NCBI GenBank assembly: GCA_964016885.1
Contig: OZ024744.1
Span: 113,150,001-113,214,000 of the forward strand
DNA length: 64,000 nt
Origin: Eledone cirrhosa
Taxonomy: Eukaryota
Reading direction: 5' to 3'
This document shows positions 40,717 through 52,265 of the stretch, piece by piece; position 1 is the first letter of the stretch; the number at the start of each line of letters is the position of its first letter. The notes below the pieces were generated by a model. That model searched no databases and was not told the origin of the DNA. It saw only the letters and a program-made list of their open reading frames with translations. Position numbers and translations under genes: made by a program.

Positions 40717-43700
40717 TTACAGATATATACTCAGAGTCGGCCCATTCACTCGGGCCATTCTTGCTTCTCTCACCCATCTTTCAACAAAATGCTGGGAAGA
40801 GAGCACTTCCCTCTCTACTCTGATTTTCCTTTTCAAATGAAATTTGAAAAAGTCAATCAGAGCATCACCGAAGAGGTAAGTGCTCGTCTTCAGCCCTTTC
40901 AAACGTGTCCACCATACTATCTCTTTCGCCATGGCCACCAGGCAGATAAAAACTGCCTGCCCTTCCCGGCTAAAGGAGGAGGGCGGGGCAATCCTCACGA
41001 TGGACTCAGATGATAGCCGGATCCGTCCTAAACGCGACAGCAGGTGTTCGACATAAACCCACAAGTCAGCAATTTTCGGACACTGGACGAGTGCGTGCAG
41101 GACGGTTTCGTCGCCCTGCGCGCATCTCGGACATGCCCGGCTGACGGCACCTCCATGCCTGTAGAGTTTATCCCGAACTGGCAAGGCTCCTCGGTAGCAC
41201 TGCCAGGCCAGAGATTTCTGGAAGTTGTCCATAGGCCCTGGCCCGAAAGTTCTTCCGAAGAGATTGGCTAGTTGATTTTCGTCGACGCCTAGAGTTTCCC
41301 CAAGTACGTCGTCGCTCTTCCCCTCCACTAATCCTCTATAGAACGCCGAGGTGGAGTTTCCACCGATCACATTGCCCGATTGGTCGAGGGCTGTGAGCGC
41401 CTGAAGACATTCCAGTCTCCAGGCGCTCCCTCTCGGTCTTCGCTTGACCCAGGACTGCAGCTCCGTCAAGGAAACGAGCTGGGGAAAAACGCGTCTAGCA
41501 AACGGCGACCACACCTGATCACCGTCGAGGAAGAGGTGGAGATGTCGTAGCCTGAGCGCGTGCCTGCGCATCATCAGCCACGGCATGCCCAGCCCTCCAC
41601 GTAGCGGGTGTTGACAACAGATGGACCGCCTAACCATCGGAGCGCGTCCCTTCCACAAAAAGCGAAAGAGCAAACGCTCCAGCACAGTCAGGCGAGGCTT
41701 AGGACAAGGTACGACGGTCAGGCGGTAGCAGATGACGGACGCGATGTACGCGTTAGCCACCTCCGCTCGACCTTTCAGGGATAGCTTCCTCTCGGCCCAT
41801 TTCTGGGTGAGAGAAGCCACCCTGCTCGTCACCTCGTCCCAGTTTTTGTCCGTCTGGAGGTCCGGACCGAACCAGACCCCTAGCAATTTAACCGGTCCGT
41901 CCGTCCAGCGTCCGACGACGCTGTTGGACGGCATGGACCTGCCTCTCCAGGTGCCGAGCTGCAGGCCCACTGACTTTTCCTGGTTGATCATTGCTCCTGT
42001 CACCGCTTCGTATTCTCTTAGTGTAGTGCCGATCGCCTCGATATGTTTGGCGTTCGACACCACTACGGTGACATCGTCCGCATATGCTGACACGGATCTT
42101 CCGCATCCTAGTTCGCGCGGGACCCCCCTCAACGTCTCCAGTTTGTGCAGTAATGGCTCGAGAGTCAATACGTACAAGAGGGACGAGAGGGGACATCCTT
42201 GGCGGACCGAGCGCATGATGTTGAACGGTTCCGACAGGTGACCGTTCACTCTCACCACAGAGCAGATGTCGCTGTGCATGGCAGCGATCCAGCCTCTGAA
42301 GACGGGCCCAAAGCCAGCCGCCCTCAGGACTGCCGCTAGGTAACGATGGTCGACCCTATCGAAAGCTTTCGACTGATCTAAATTGATCAAGGACCCACCC
42401 GTGCCAGGTTCCCTAGCTACCCTCTCTACGATGTATCGCATGAGGTGGAGGTTGTCGTGGATGGATCTGTCGGGAATGGCGCATGTCTGCGCCTCTCCCA
42501 CCAGACCACCAACGACAAGCGCCAACCTCTTTGCTAGCACCTTGGCCAAAATCTTAAACTCTGTGTTTAGCAGAGTTATGGGCCGGAAATTGTCTATGTT
42601 ATCCCCCTTGTTCGGATCCTTTCTCAGCAGTGCCACCGCTCCTCGGCTCACAGAACTGGGAATTCTCCCGTTCTGTTGCCAGTTGCAGTAGACGTCCGCC
42701 AAGAGGCCTCCGAACAAGTCTGGCATCTGTACGTAAAGTTCATAGGGCAGACCATCCAAACCAGGCGATTTACCCCTTGTGCAGCCAGTCATTGCCTCCC
42801 GTACTTCAGCGGCTGTTATCGGCTTTTCGCAACACTTCGCCTCAGTGGCCGAGAGCCGCGGCAGTCCGTCGAGGTAGACACTAAAGTCCATCCCTCTACC
42901 CGGCCCCCCGCTGCCCCCGAACAGCTGAGCGAAGTGTCGCTGAAAAGCTTCACACATTTGCCCGGGATCGAGTAGCATGCGCCCGTCGTGGTCCACCAAA
43001 GACCGGATCGTGGCTTTGTTGCCACGACGCGCCTCCGCCACTCGGGCCCATTGAACGGCTTTCGTCCCCTCGTGTCTGAGAGCACGCACCCTAGCTCTGA
43101 CAACGCAGCCTTCGTGCTTTGCATTGAAGAATTGGTCAAGGGCCAATTTCGCCGCAAGCACGTCGGTCGCAATGCCTTTGCTAAGCGCCTCGTCTAATTT
43201 TCTAACTAGTTCTCCCTCTGCTCTATTTTTCTCTATTGCTAAAGCCTTACTAAACCTAATCGATTCTATTCTAATCGCTCTTTTCAGAGCAAACCACCAC
43301 TTGTTGTTGACGATGGCCCCCGTCAACGCCCGCTTAACTAGTTCGCTAATCCGGTCTCTGTAGGCCTTGCGCGCTGGTAAGGACGCGTTTAGCTTCCAGT
43401 AGCCGGGTCCTCGTCTATGAAGCCTATCTAAGTCAAGCACACAGGTCACGAATTTGTGGTCCGTGTAGCTGACTATCTTGAATTGTGGACAGCCTATGCT
43501 AGACCTATCTATTTCCCTACAAAATACTCTATCTAGATATGATCTGGATGACCCTATGCGGTTTGTCCAAGTCCACATTGGCACATTCGGGAAATCCAAT
43601 CGGTACCTGTCAGACAGTTCAAAACGCCTGAGCAGGTTGGTGAGGCTCTTGCACCCTCCACCCCTATCCGCTAATCCCACACAGTCCCAGCGTGCATCTA

Positions 43701-44136
43701 AGATCCCGTTCCAGTCGCCCACTAACACTAAAGAGCGGGACGTTCCAAGAAAGGTCTCCAGACGCCGGAAGAAATCAGGCCGCCCTGCTCCTGTCGGGGC
43801 ATAGACGGCCACTAGCCTGAAAGCTTGCCCGTCTCCGCTGGTCACGTCCAGCACCACCAGCTTACCCTCTGGGTCCAGGAAGATGGCCCGTATGGCGAGA
43901 TCCAAACCTCTCCGAAAAAGCACAGCAACTCCTCCACCCGATCCAGGACGGCTGGGAGATGCGTACACATCGTAGCCGCCGAAGATCGGTGCGAAGGCCC
44001 GTGCTTCGGAGATTCTGGTCTCGCTGATGGCCACTACATCTATGTTTAGTGACCTGAGGTCGTTGAGCAGGTGACCCTGCTTCCATGACGACCCCAAGCC
44101 ACGCGCATTTATGCTGCCTATTCTGAGTGAGGTCAT
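40717..44136 (-). CDS. Tx1/L1 ORF2 (1139 aa): AP endonuclease, reverse transcriptase, C-terminal CCHC
   Basis: SINARGL, ISET, GDWN, YLDR, YTDH (EN); SPGLDG, RPITLLN, DQSKAFD, QGCPLS, AYADD (RT); CPRC..ETVLHALVQC. Confidence 0.96.
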   Translation of the reverse strand: MTSLRIGSINARGLGSSWKQGHLLNDLRSLNIDVVAISETRISEARAFAPIFGGYDVYASPSRPGSGGGVAVLFRRGLDLAIRAIFLDPEGKLVVLDVTSGDGQAFRLVAVYAPTGAGRPDFFRRLETFLGTSRSLVLVGDWNGILDARWDCVGLADRGGGCKSLTNLLRRFELSDRYRLDFPNVPMWTWTNRIGSSRSYLDRVFCREIDRSSIGCPQFKIVSYTDHKFVTCVLDLDRLHRRGPGYWKLNASLPARKAYRDRISELVKRALTGAIVNNKWWFALKRAIRIESIRFSKALAIEKNRAEGELVRKLDEALSKGIATDVLAAKLALDQFFNAKHEGCVVRARVRALRHEGTKAVQWARVAEARRGNKATIRSLVDHDGRMLLDPGQMCEAFQRHFAQLFGGSGGPGRGMDFSVYLDGLPRLSATEAKCCEKPITAAEVREAMTGCTRGKSPGLDGLPYELYVQMPDLFGGLLADVYCNWQQNGRIPSSVSRGAVALLRKDPNKGDNIDNFRPITLLNTEFKILAKVLAKRLALVVGGLVGEAQTCAIPDRSIHDNLHLMRYIVERVAREPGTGGSLINLDQSKAFDRVDHRYLAAVLRAAGFGPVFRGWIAAMHSDICSVVRVNGHLSEPFNIMRSVRQGCPLSSLLYVLTLEPLLHKLETLRGVPRELGCGRSVSAYADDVTVVVSNAKHIEAIGTTLREYEAVTGAMINQEKSVGLQLGTWRGRSMPSNSVVGRWTDGPVKLLGVWFGPDLQTDKNWDEVTSRVASLTQKWAERKLSLKGRAEVANAYIASVICYRLTVVPCPKPRLTVLERLLFRFLWKGRAPMVRRSICCQHPLRGGLGMPWLMMRRHALRLRHLHLFLDGDQVWSPFARRVFPQLVSLTELQSWVKRRPRGSAWRLECLQALTALDQSGNVIGGNSTSAFYRGLVEGKSDDVLGETLGVDENQLANLFGRTFGPGPMDNFQKSLAWQCYRGALPVRDKLYRHGGAVSRACPRCAQGDETVLHALVQCPKIADLWVYVEHLLSRLGRIRLSSESIVRIAPPSSFSREGQAVFICLVAMAKEIVWWTRLKGLKTSTYLFGDALIDFFKFHLKRKIRVEREVLSSQHFVERWVREARMARVNGPTLSIYL

Positions 44137-44171
44137 GTTTAAAATAGAGTGGAAAAGATGGGAAAGACCAC

Positions 44172-46244
44172 TTACCGTACTTTTGGTAGAGGAGGGATGG
44201 TTTTTACATCCCTTTTCACTTGATCGTCTGGTGAAGGGACCGTTGAATCGTCCCTTCGGCTGGTCGTCGGCTCTTCTAAGAGAATGTCTGAATATACTCT
44301 TCGATTAATGGTTCCTCCTAGGTCCCTGAAATCACCAACAGCGTTGGGGAATTTCGTTTTAATGTTTGTGTATTGTTTCTGTGCTATTTTTAGCAGTCTT
44401 ATGTTAGTTGGCGTTTTGATTGGTGCTGGTATTATGTAGTCCTGTTGTGAAATGTCTGTGTGTTCAATTATGTAAGTCATTAGTTTCTTGTTGTGTGTGT
44501 TTATTGCCGTGCATTTGTTTTTCTGGGGGTGGGGTGTGGTTCTGCTATTTTCTTGTCGTTGTTGCTGGGTGTGTGTGTTTTGTTGTTGTGTTTGCGATGT
44601 TGGTGCTTGTGGTGGTGGTGTTGAAGGTGTTGTTGGCGGTGGGGTTGTCGCCGGTGGTGATGGTGGTGCTGGTGTGGGTGGTGATGGTGTTGGTGGTGTT
44701 GCTGCTGTGGGTCTCTTTGCAGTAGACTTTACCCTTTTCTCATTTCTTTCCTCCCTTTTCAAAGGCGACGATGCGCTGCTTCTGCGTTTGTGCCTTCTTG
44801 AGACCTTTTGCCATCCCTCTCCCACCTCACACTCCATGTCTGATTCTGTAAGGTCGGGGAGGGGTACCAGCTCCACTCTTTCACTTGTTGTTGTTGGTGA
44901 TGTTTGCACTGGAGTCTCTGTTGCAGCTGCATTTGGTATTGCTGTTGTTGTTGTTAATATTTCCACTGCTGCTGCTGTCTTTGATTTCCGTGGAGTGGGT
45001 ATGGGTGCCACGGACCTATCGTTCCTGGTTGCCGCTTGTCCTGTTGCTGGTAGCCGTGGAACCGGATTCGGGAGGAGGGGGGTTTTCTCCTTTCTCATGG
45101 TCTTCTCGTTGCAGAAGGCCCTGAGGTGAGTCTTCGATCCACAGCGAAAGCATTTCGGGCGTTTGCCCTCAACACTTATGGGCAGTTGAGTGCCGTTATC
45201 GAAGTCTATCACATCCGGGATAGCTTCGATGCACTCCTGGTTGGTTTGGATTAGCATCTCAATGGAGGAGCCGACCCAATCTTCTCTTACTTTTTTCTGT
45301 ACTTGCAGTACAGTTGTTTTGTCCTCGATTCCGACGAGGACAGACGCGGCCAGCCAAGAAGGGGTCATTCCGGGGGGGACGTGGGTCAGTTTGACCCTCA
45401 CAATTTTTTGCCCGCAGTAGGAGGGCACCAACACCATTTCCTCGCTCCTTAGGGTCACTACTGATTGGGCCTTTGCCTCCTGGGGTGTGGCAAAAAGTAC
45501 GTCTACGGTGGCGTATTTTTTGCCTCGGGTGATGTGCGTTTTCCTCTGCCACACAGACCCCAAGGCTTTTTGTATTTGGGCCTCTGTGGCTCTTTCCACC
45601 CTACGGGATTTTGTACTTACTGTACGGTACGTGACCGTACAGTGCTCTTGGGTTTCGAAAAATTTTTTCGCTGCCTTGCAGATTGCTCGGTGTCCGTTCT
45701 TTGTCACCATCTTCTTCGCTTCCTCTAATTCCTCATTTGTTATGAGGATTGTTTCCAGGTTTTTCGCAATACCTGCAAATGAGATTGGTTTTTCTCTGCT
45801 GTTGTTGTTGTCGTCAGAGCTGCTGGTACTTTTGTTGTTGCTGCAGGTACTACGACTACTGCCTCCGCCGCTGTTGCTGCTAATGCTGTTGTTGTTTATG
45901 CTGCTGGTGATGCTGTTGCGGCTGCTACTGTTGTTTTCATTGTCACTGTTGCTGTTGTTATTACGGCTGCTACTGCTATTATTCCTGACGTCAGACGAAT
46001 GAACTGGGTTTTCGTATTTCCCGCACACCTGTTTCGTCGCTGTCGTCGTCGTCGTGGAGAAACCTTGCACGCTTTGCACGAGACTTTTATTTTCTTTCGT
46101 CGCTTGCGAAAGAGAAGGGAGGGAGAGAGACACATTTAAAGAAGGGAGGGAGAGAGACAATCTTCTCTCTGCTGTAGTGATGATTGAGGAAGAAGAAGAC
46201 GGAATGAGTGGGAGTGACGTATGAAATTTCTTTTTGGTAGCCAT
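44172..46244 (-). CDS. Tx1 ORF1 (~690 aa from first ATG), gag-like with zinc knuckle
   Basis: CFRCGSKTHLRAFC knuckle, N/S-rich and P/T-rich linkers, WQKVSRRHKRR; position upstream of ORF2. Confidence 0.88.
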   Translation of the reverse strand: MATKKKFHTSLPLIPSSSSSIITTAERRLSLSLPSLNVSLSLPSLSQATKENKSLVQSVQGFSTTTTTATKQVCGKYENPVHSSDVRNNSSSSRNNNSNSDNENNSSSRNSITSSINNNSISSNSGGGSSRSTCSNNKSTSSSDDNNNSREKPISFAGIAKNLETILITNEELEEAKKMVTKNGHRAICKAAKKFFETQEHCTVTYRTVSTKSRRVERATEAQIQKALGSVWQRKTHITRGKKYATVDVLFATPQEAKAQSVVTLRSEEMVLVPSYCGQKIVRVKLTHVPPGMTPSWLAASVLVGIEDKTTVLQVQKKVREDWVGSSIEMLIQTNQECIEAIPDVIDFDNGTQLPISVEGKRPKCFRCGSKTHLRAFCNEKTMRKEKTPLLPNPVPRLPATGQAATRNDRSVAPIPTPRKSKTAAAVEILTTTTAIPNAAATETPVQTSPTTTSERVELVPLPDLTESDMECEVGEGWQKVSRRHKRRSSASSPLKREERNEKRVKSTAKRPTAATPPTPSPPTPAPPSPPATTPPPTTPSTPPPQAPTSQTQQQNTHTQQQRQENSRTTPHPQKNKCTAINTHNKKLMTYIIEHTDISQQDYIIPAPIKTPTNIRLLKIAQKQYTNIKTKFPNAVGDFRDLGGTINRRVYSDILLEEPTTSRRDDSTVPSPDDQVKRDVKTIPPLPKVR

Positions 46245-46564
46245 GTTTTTTTGTTTAAAATGAAATTTTGGGTACAAAACCCCAATAACTGGTTATTTAA
46301 CCCCGAAGGGCCAAATAACGGACAGAAAGACCCCTCTCACGAGGAGGAGGGTGTCTTTATCAACAATTTGGTTCAAGTTTTAAACAATTTACAATTGTTT
46401 TAACGGTTAAAAATTACTATACCTTACAGAGCCGAGCCTCCGTCAACCATGGCATTCAATAATAATAATAATAATAATAATAATAGCAATAATAATAATA
46501 ACGACAACAACAATAATAATATACATATTCATATATATATACACACACACGCACGCACATAAGC

Positions 46565-46602
<38 letters not shown>

Positions 46603-46610
46603 GATAGCAA

Positions 46611-48910
46611 CTAACAGTGCTGCGATCGAATGTGGCTTTTTAGCCCAGCCAATGATCCAAAATGTCTTGCACAGAGTCGGCAACCAAAACATTTACTGGG
46701 AATAGTCGGCTGTGGTTGGAGTTCGTGTACTTTTGCATGTCGCTTGAGTCCTCCTGCTGATTTACATTCTCTACCACATGTTTGGCAAGCATGATGAGTA
46801 GCATCTCCAACAGCAGCCTGGTAGTCAACCACTGGTCTTACTTTATGACTGCGAAGATGACTTTCGAGTCCAGCTTTGCTTAGGCAGAGTCTCGCACAGA
46901 CGCTGCATGTCAGAAACATAGGAGGACCCTCGCCGTCTGGAAGTGCAACAGCAATACCCTTCCTCACGTCCCGCTTTACTTTCTCGTGTGCGATTCGAGA
47001 TGCCTCAAAGGCAACTTTTCCCTCATATACAGTCTTTCTCCATTTATTACGATCAGCAGCAATATTTTCCCATGTATCAGCAGAGATGTTAGCGTCTTTC
47101 AGAGAGGCCTTCAAGGAATCCTTATACCTCTTTTTTGGTTTATGTGGCGGTCGTTTTCCTTTAACCAACTCTCCATAGAAGAGTTGTTTTGGTATTCTAG
47201 AATCCTTCATCCCGGCAAGGTGACCACTCCAACGGAGTCGCTGCTTAAGCACAAGAGCTTCTATACTGTCACACATAGAGCTTTCCAAAATCTCGACATC
47301 ACTGATGTGGTCCCTCCAGCGAACGCCATGTATCCGTCTGAGACACATCTGATGGAAACGCTCCAATTGCTTAAGGTGGCGTCGATATGTGACCCAGGTC
47401 TCGCAGGCATAAAGAAGACAAGAGAGTACACATGCCCTGTACACCCTTACCTTTGTCCTCCTGCATATGTCTCGCCGACCCCAGAGTCGCCTTTCTAGCT
47501 TTCCGAAAGCATCACTTGCTTTCCTAATCCTAAGTGAGATTTCACTGTCAAGGTTGCCGTATCGATTGACAGTGCTTCCCAGGTAGACAAACTGATCAAC
47601 CACTCCAAGTCGTTTGCCATACACATAGATGTTTGGTTCAGTGTACTGCCTACCAGGTGCAGGTTGGTACATGACGACGGTTTTCTTGAGACTGACAGTC
47701 AAACCCAGGGCAGTGCAAGCGTCAGAAAATACATTCAAAATGTGCTGCATATCACTCTCTGTGTGCGCTACAAGATCGCAATCATCTGCATACAAGAGGT
47801 CTCTTATGACTGATGTAAATACTTTTGTCTTCGCAGCAAAGCGCCTGATGTTAAATATGCTGCCTGAGGTTCGATATCGGATGTAAACACCATGCTCGCA
47901 ATTCCTGAATGCAATACAGAAAACCATTGCAAAGTATATGGCAAACAGGGTCGGTGCTGGAATATCCCCCTGTTTCACTCCATTTTTTACTGAGATAGGC
48001 TCCGACATGTTACCTCCGACATTAACCCAAGCCTTCATGTCGTCATGGAAAGACCTAACTAAAGCAAGGAACTTATCAGGGCAACCAAGTTTCTGGAGAA
48101 CCTTCCATAATGCATCTCTGTTGACAGTATCGAAAGCCTTTGTCAGATCGACAAAAACCTGATACAGATCCAAGCCCTGTTCAATGCACTTCTCCTGGAG
48201 CTGTCTAGCTGAGAAGATCATATCAGTAGTGCCGCGTCCAACACGAAAACCAGATTGACTTTCAGGAAGGACACAATCTGCAATGTGTGTCAGCAGACGG
48301 TCCAGAAGCACCCTACATAAAACTTTCCCCACGACAGAAAGCAATGATATACCTCTGTAGTTCCCACAATCATTCCTGTTACCCTTTCCATTGTACAAGA
48401 CCACCATTACTGCATCTCTCCAGTCCTCAGGCACGGATTCATTAGCCCATATCCTTCCAAACAGAGAGTGAAGATGTTGCAGGAGTCTCTCACTACCATA
48501 TTGTAGGAGCTCAGCATGTATGCCATCCATACCTGGAGATCTTCCACTGTTCAGCTTCGAAATAGCCACTGCAACCTCCACAAGTGTCGGAGGCTCTGCG
48601 AGAGCTACTTTCACAGGACTTTCCGGAATGAGATTGAGGAAATCTTCACTGACGACAGACGGCTGATTCAAAAGATCATCAAAGTGCTCCCGCCACCTTC
48701 GTAGAATTCCCTGTGAGTCACGAAGAAGTTCTTTGCCATCCTTGCTGCGAATCGGTGTCACCAGAGAAGAAGACGGTCCATAAACCTCACGCAAGAGACT
48801 GTACAACAGCTTTGTGTTATTGCAATCAGACGCAGTTTGTATCTCACCAGCCTTCTCACTCCACCACTGATCCTTCATCTGAGAAAGACTCCGCCTAACA
48901 CGTGATTTTA
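46611..48910 (-). mobile_element. 5'-truncated young RTE (BovB-like) LINE: uninterrupted RT plus three C-terminal C2H2 fingers
   Basis: [38 protein letters not shown]; no EN domain; the ORF-track extension into the microsatellite (48910-49394) is an artefact. Confidence 0.92.
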
Positions 48911-48971
48911 CAGACATATATATATATATATACACGTGATTATACAGACATATATATATATATATACAGAC

Positions 48972-49002
<31 letters not shown>

Positions 49003-49042
49003 TATATATATATATATACAGACATATATATATATATATATA

Positions 49043-49094
<52 letters not shown>

Positions 49095-49123
49095 CATATA
49101 TATATATATATATATATACAGAC

Positions 49124-49154
<31 letters not shown>

Positions 49155-49234
49155 CATATATATATATATACAGACATATATATATATATACAGACATATA
49201 TATATATATACAGATATATATATATATATATACA

Positions 49235-49280
<46 letters not shown>

Positions 49281-49328
49281 CATATATATATACAAACATA
49301 TATATATATATATATATACAGACATATA
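48911..49328. repeat. (TA)n/CAGAC microsatellite
   Basis: Same interrupted motif as 39760-40303. Confidence 0.9.
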
Positions 49329-49436
49329 TGAATAAAAAAAATGGCAGGCTGTGTGGTTGCAATTAAGTATAATGAAAATAAAAGTTACAGGCAAAAGAGG
49401 GTAATATCCATTGTCAGCTGCTTGCTAGGAATCATA

Positions 49437-49935
49437 GGTGTTTCTTCACATTACAGACAAGAAACTTCAGCCTAGGGTGAGCAATAAGTTATTGGGATAA
49501 AAAAAAAAGGGCAGAGAGAGGTGTTTCTTCACATTATAGACAAGAAACTTCAGCCTAGGGTGAGCAATAAGTTATTGGGATAAAAAAAAAAGGGCAGAGA
49601 GAGGTGTTTCTTCACATTACAGACAAGAAACTTCAGCCTAGGGTGAGCAATAAGTTATTGGGATAAAAAAAAGGGCGGAGAGAGGTGTTTCTTCACATTA
49701 CAGACAAGAAACTTCAGCCTAGGGCGAGCAATAAGTTATTGGGATAAAAAAAAAAGGGCAGAGAGAGGTGTTTCTTCACATTACAGACAAGAAACTTCAG
49801 CCTAGGGCGAGCAATAAGTTATTGGGATAAAAAAAAAAGGGTGGAGAGAGGTGTTTCTTCACATTACAGACAAGAAACTTCAGCCTAGGGCGAGCAATAA
49901 GTTATTGGGATTAAAAAAAAAGGGCGGAGAGAGAG
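49437..49935. repeat. ~81-83-bp tandem repeat, 6 copies, variable A-run
   Basis: ggtgtttcttcacattacagacaagaaacttcagcctagggtgagcaataagttattgggata(n)gggcagagaga starts at 49437, 49520, 49603... Confidence 0.92.
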
Positions 49936-50191
49936 AAAAAAATGTAAACAGACATGAAAGGTGAAGCAACGTAAAGAAAGGAAAAACATCAAGTCCTGGC
50001 TAGTTTGACGAGAGAAAAAAGACACGTCTTCACTGTAACAGTGTGAGCGAGAGAAGAGACTGCTTGCAGTGGCAGACGAGGGAGAAAGTGAGCTAGCAAA
50101 GAGGGAGTGAGTGAAAAAATAAGAGGAAGCGAGAAAGAGATAGTTATAGAGGCGATGGATATTACCTTCTTTCACCCATAACTTTTATATA

Positions 50192-50235
<44 letters not shown>

Positions 50236-50239
<4 letters not shown>

Positions 50240-51755
50240 AAAGATAACAAGGACGATTGGTTACTCCTTCATTACATTTATTGGTTGGTGACGCGCGTTT
50301 CGCCACTGATCAGCTCAAGGTTCGATCTGTTTCGATCTAGCCCGACTCTAATCTGCGGCTCGACTGACCCCTTGAAATGCTAGTAGAAAATGAATACATG
50401 CTATATGGTAAAGTCAGAAGTTCATATGTTGGTCAATAAAGTTTGTTCCGACTATGTTTAAGGAGCGCTGGTGTAACGACAGAAGCTCCTTTAAACACAG
50501 GCTCAAACGATCCCAAACTAGACTGGCCAATTTGCTCTGGGACCTCAAAGACAAGAACATCGAATTCCAGCTCATATGGTCAGTTAAAAGACGTGTGGCC
50601 CAACTCCCCAGTGACAGAAACCACTGCAGGTTATGCCTGGCCAAGGTGGCTGAGATCATTAAATTGAAATCTCCCATAAACTCTAGGTCTGACATAATTA
50701 TAAATTGTAGACGCACCAGGTTGAACACCTTCTCTGCACAAACATTCGGCCGAGGGCCACACACTAACCCTGACTCAACATAGTGATAACCACCTTTGCC
50801 TTGCCTCACCGTCCCACATTTGTTTTATATAACATGTAACCCTTTGTAAGTTCAGATTTTGTAAATATCATGTTGCATCCATCACCACCAAAAGACCATA
50901 CATCCCTCATCTCAGTACCATTGTGTTCTATCTGTCCTCTCTGTCAGGTTTTACCTTGTAAACCATAGTAACATCCGATCCTGTAAATATAATGTCGAAC
51001 ATATCACCCCATCGCCACCCTCCCACCCCCACCCCCACCACAGACATCGTTATACGTCCACCACCCCTCTTTCACAACCTTATTTTCCCCTGTGGTCCCT
51101 CTGTCACTTTTTAACCTGTAATCCATCGTAAAATTCGATCCTGTAAATATTTTGTCGCATACAACACCACCACCGCTAGGCACATCTCCATACTTCAACA
51201 ATCATTAAGATTATTAACATCATCAACACATACCTTCCCTCCCTAAACAACGCAACTGTGTGTGTGTCCGTGTGTAAGTATATTTATTTATACAACGCCA
51301 TCTCCACTGCCTCTCCCCCTCTCTCTACATACATACATACATATATATACACGTGTATGTATACTACGTTTTTGTCAGACTAAGTGTGTCTATGTATGTA
51401 TCTCATTAAATTTGACACCACCAACACACCCATCAAACCACCATTAACACCATTACCACAAACAACAAAACCACACACAAAAATCAGCCTCAACTACACG
51501 CTAATCTGTCTAGCGACAATCCACCATCTCCACCCCCCCCCCCCTGCCCACACACACACACATGCACTACAGACAAAAACATCCCTATGAACTATTCCAC
51601 CAATCAAAACAAACTTTATTGACCAACATATGAACTTCTGACTTTACCATATAGCATGTATTCATTTTCTACTGGCATTTCAAGGGGTCTGTCGAGCCGC
51701 AGATTACAGAGTCGGGCTAGATCGAAACAGATCCAACCTTATTATCTTTTCACTA
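50236..51755 (+). mobile_element. Penelope-like element fragment: GIY-YIG C-terminus flanked by a ~130-bp inverted repeat
   Basis: ORF 50454-50783 FKERW..SSFKH..LWDLKDKNIEFQLIWSV..CRLCL..INSRSDIIINCR; IR ~50318-50448 vs ~51608-51740 plus terminal agtgaaaagataa. Confidence 0.8.
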
Positions 51756-51881
51756 TAATACACTCTGTCTTGCTTGACACCTCGACACTGAAGTGAACTT
51801 AAATATCGAGTGCTCACCCGGGTGAACCTACAGTAACTCAAAGTTACACTCCCTGCGTATATATATATACAGACACACACA

Positions 51882-51921
<40 letters not shown>

Positions 51922-52149
51922 CATATAAGGGATAACAAAATATCGTTATAGGTAATCCAGTTAGAGGTTGTGAATACTTTGTATTGTGGATAGTTTTAGC
52001 GTACGGCGTTGTTTGACTGAACAAGAGGTTTCCTTGGGTGGCGAGTTTATGAGTTCTCTTGCATTCCTATGTAAGTTTATCTTGGAGTAATAATATTGAA
52101 AGAGTGAAGAATAATATGGTCAACAGTACAAAAAAGGGGGGTTTTATTT

Positions 52150-52265
52150 ACAGTCTTAACAATTGTTTCACTGATTAAGTTGTCTAAAAATTGCTGAACA
52201 CTTGAAGCTGCGCGACTCAATTTTAAATATGTTGCTAGCTTAACCAGATCACAAGAAAGGACTGT
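52150..52265 (-). ncRNA. Degenerate hammerhead of the U/U-ACAATTGT type
   Basis: acagtc(ct)tt-CTTGTGA-tctggttaag...cttaatcagt-GAA-ACAATTGT-T-aagactgt then aataaa; core mutated. Confidence 0.55.

Noticed and set aside
41044-46135. Antisense and alternate-frame ORFs over the Tx1 element
   Set aside because: Shadow ORFs of GC-rich coding sequence with no motifs
48911-49394. N-terminal 160 aa of the 927-aa ORF
   Set aside because: Read-through into microsatellite upstream of the RTE 5' truncation point
50236-51755. DNA transposon or MITE with TIRs
   Set aside because: Internal ORF is a Penelope-type GIY-YIG; inverted pLTR explains the arms better
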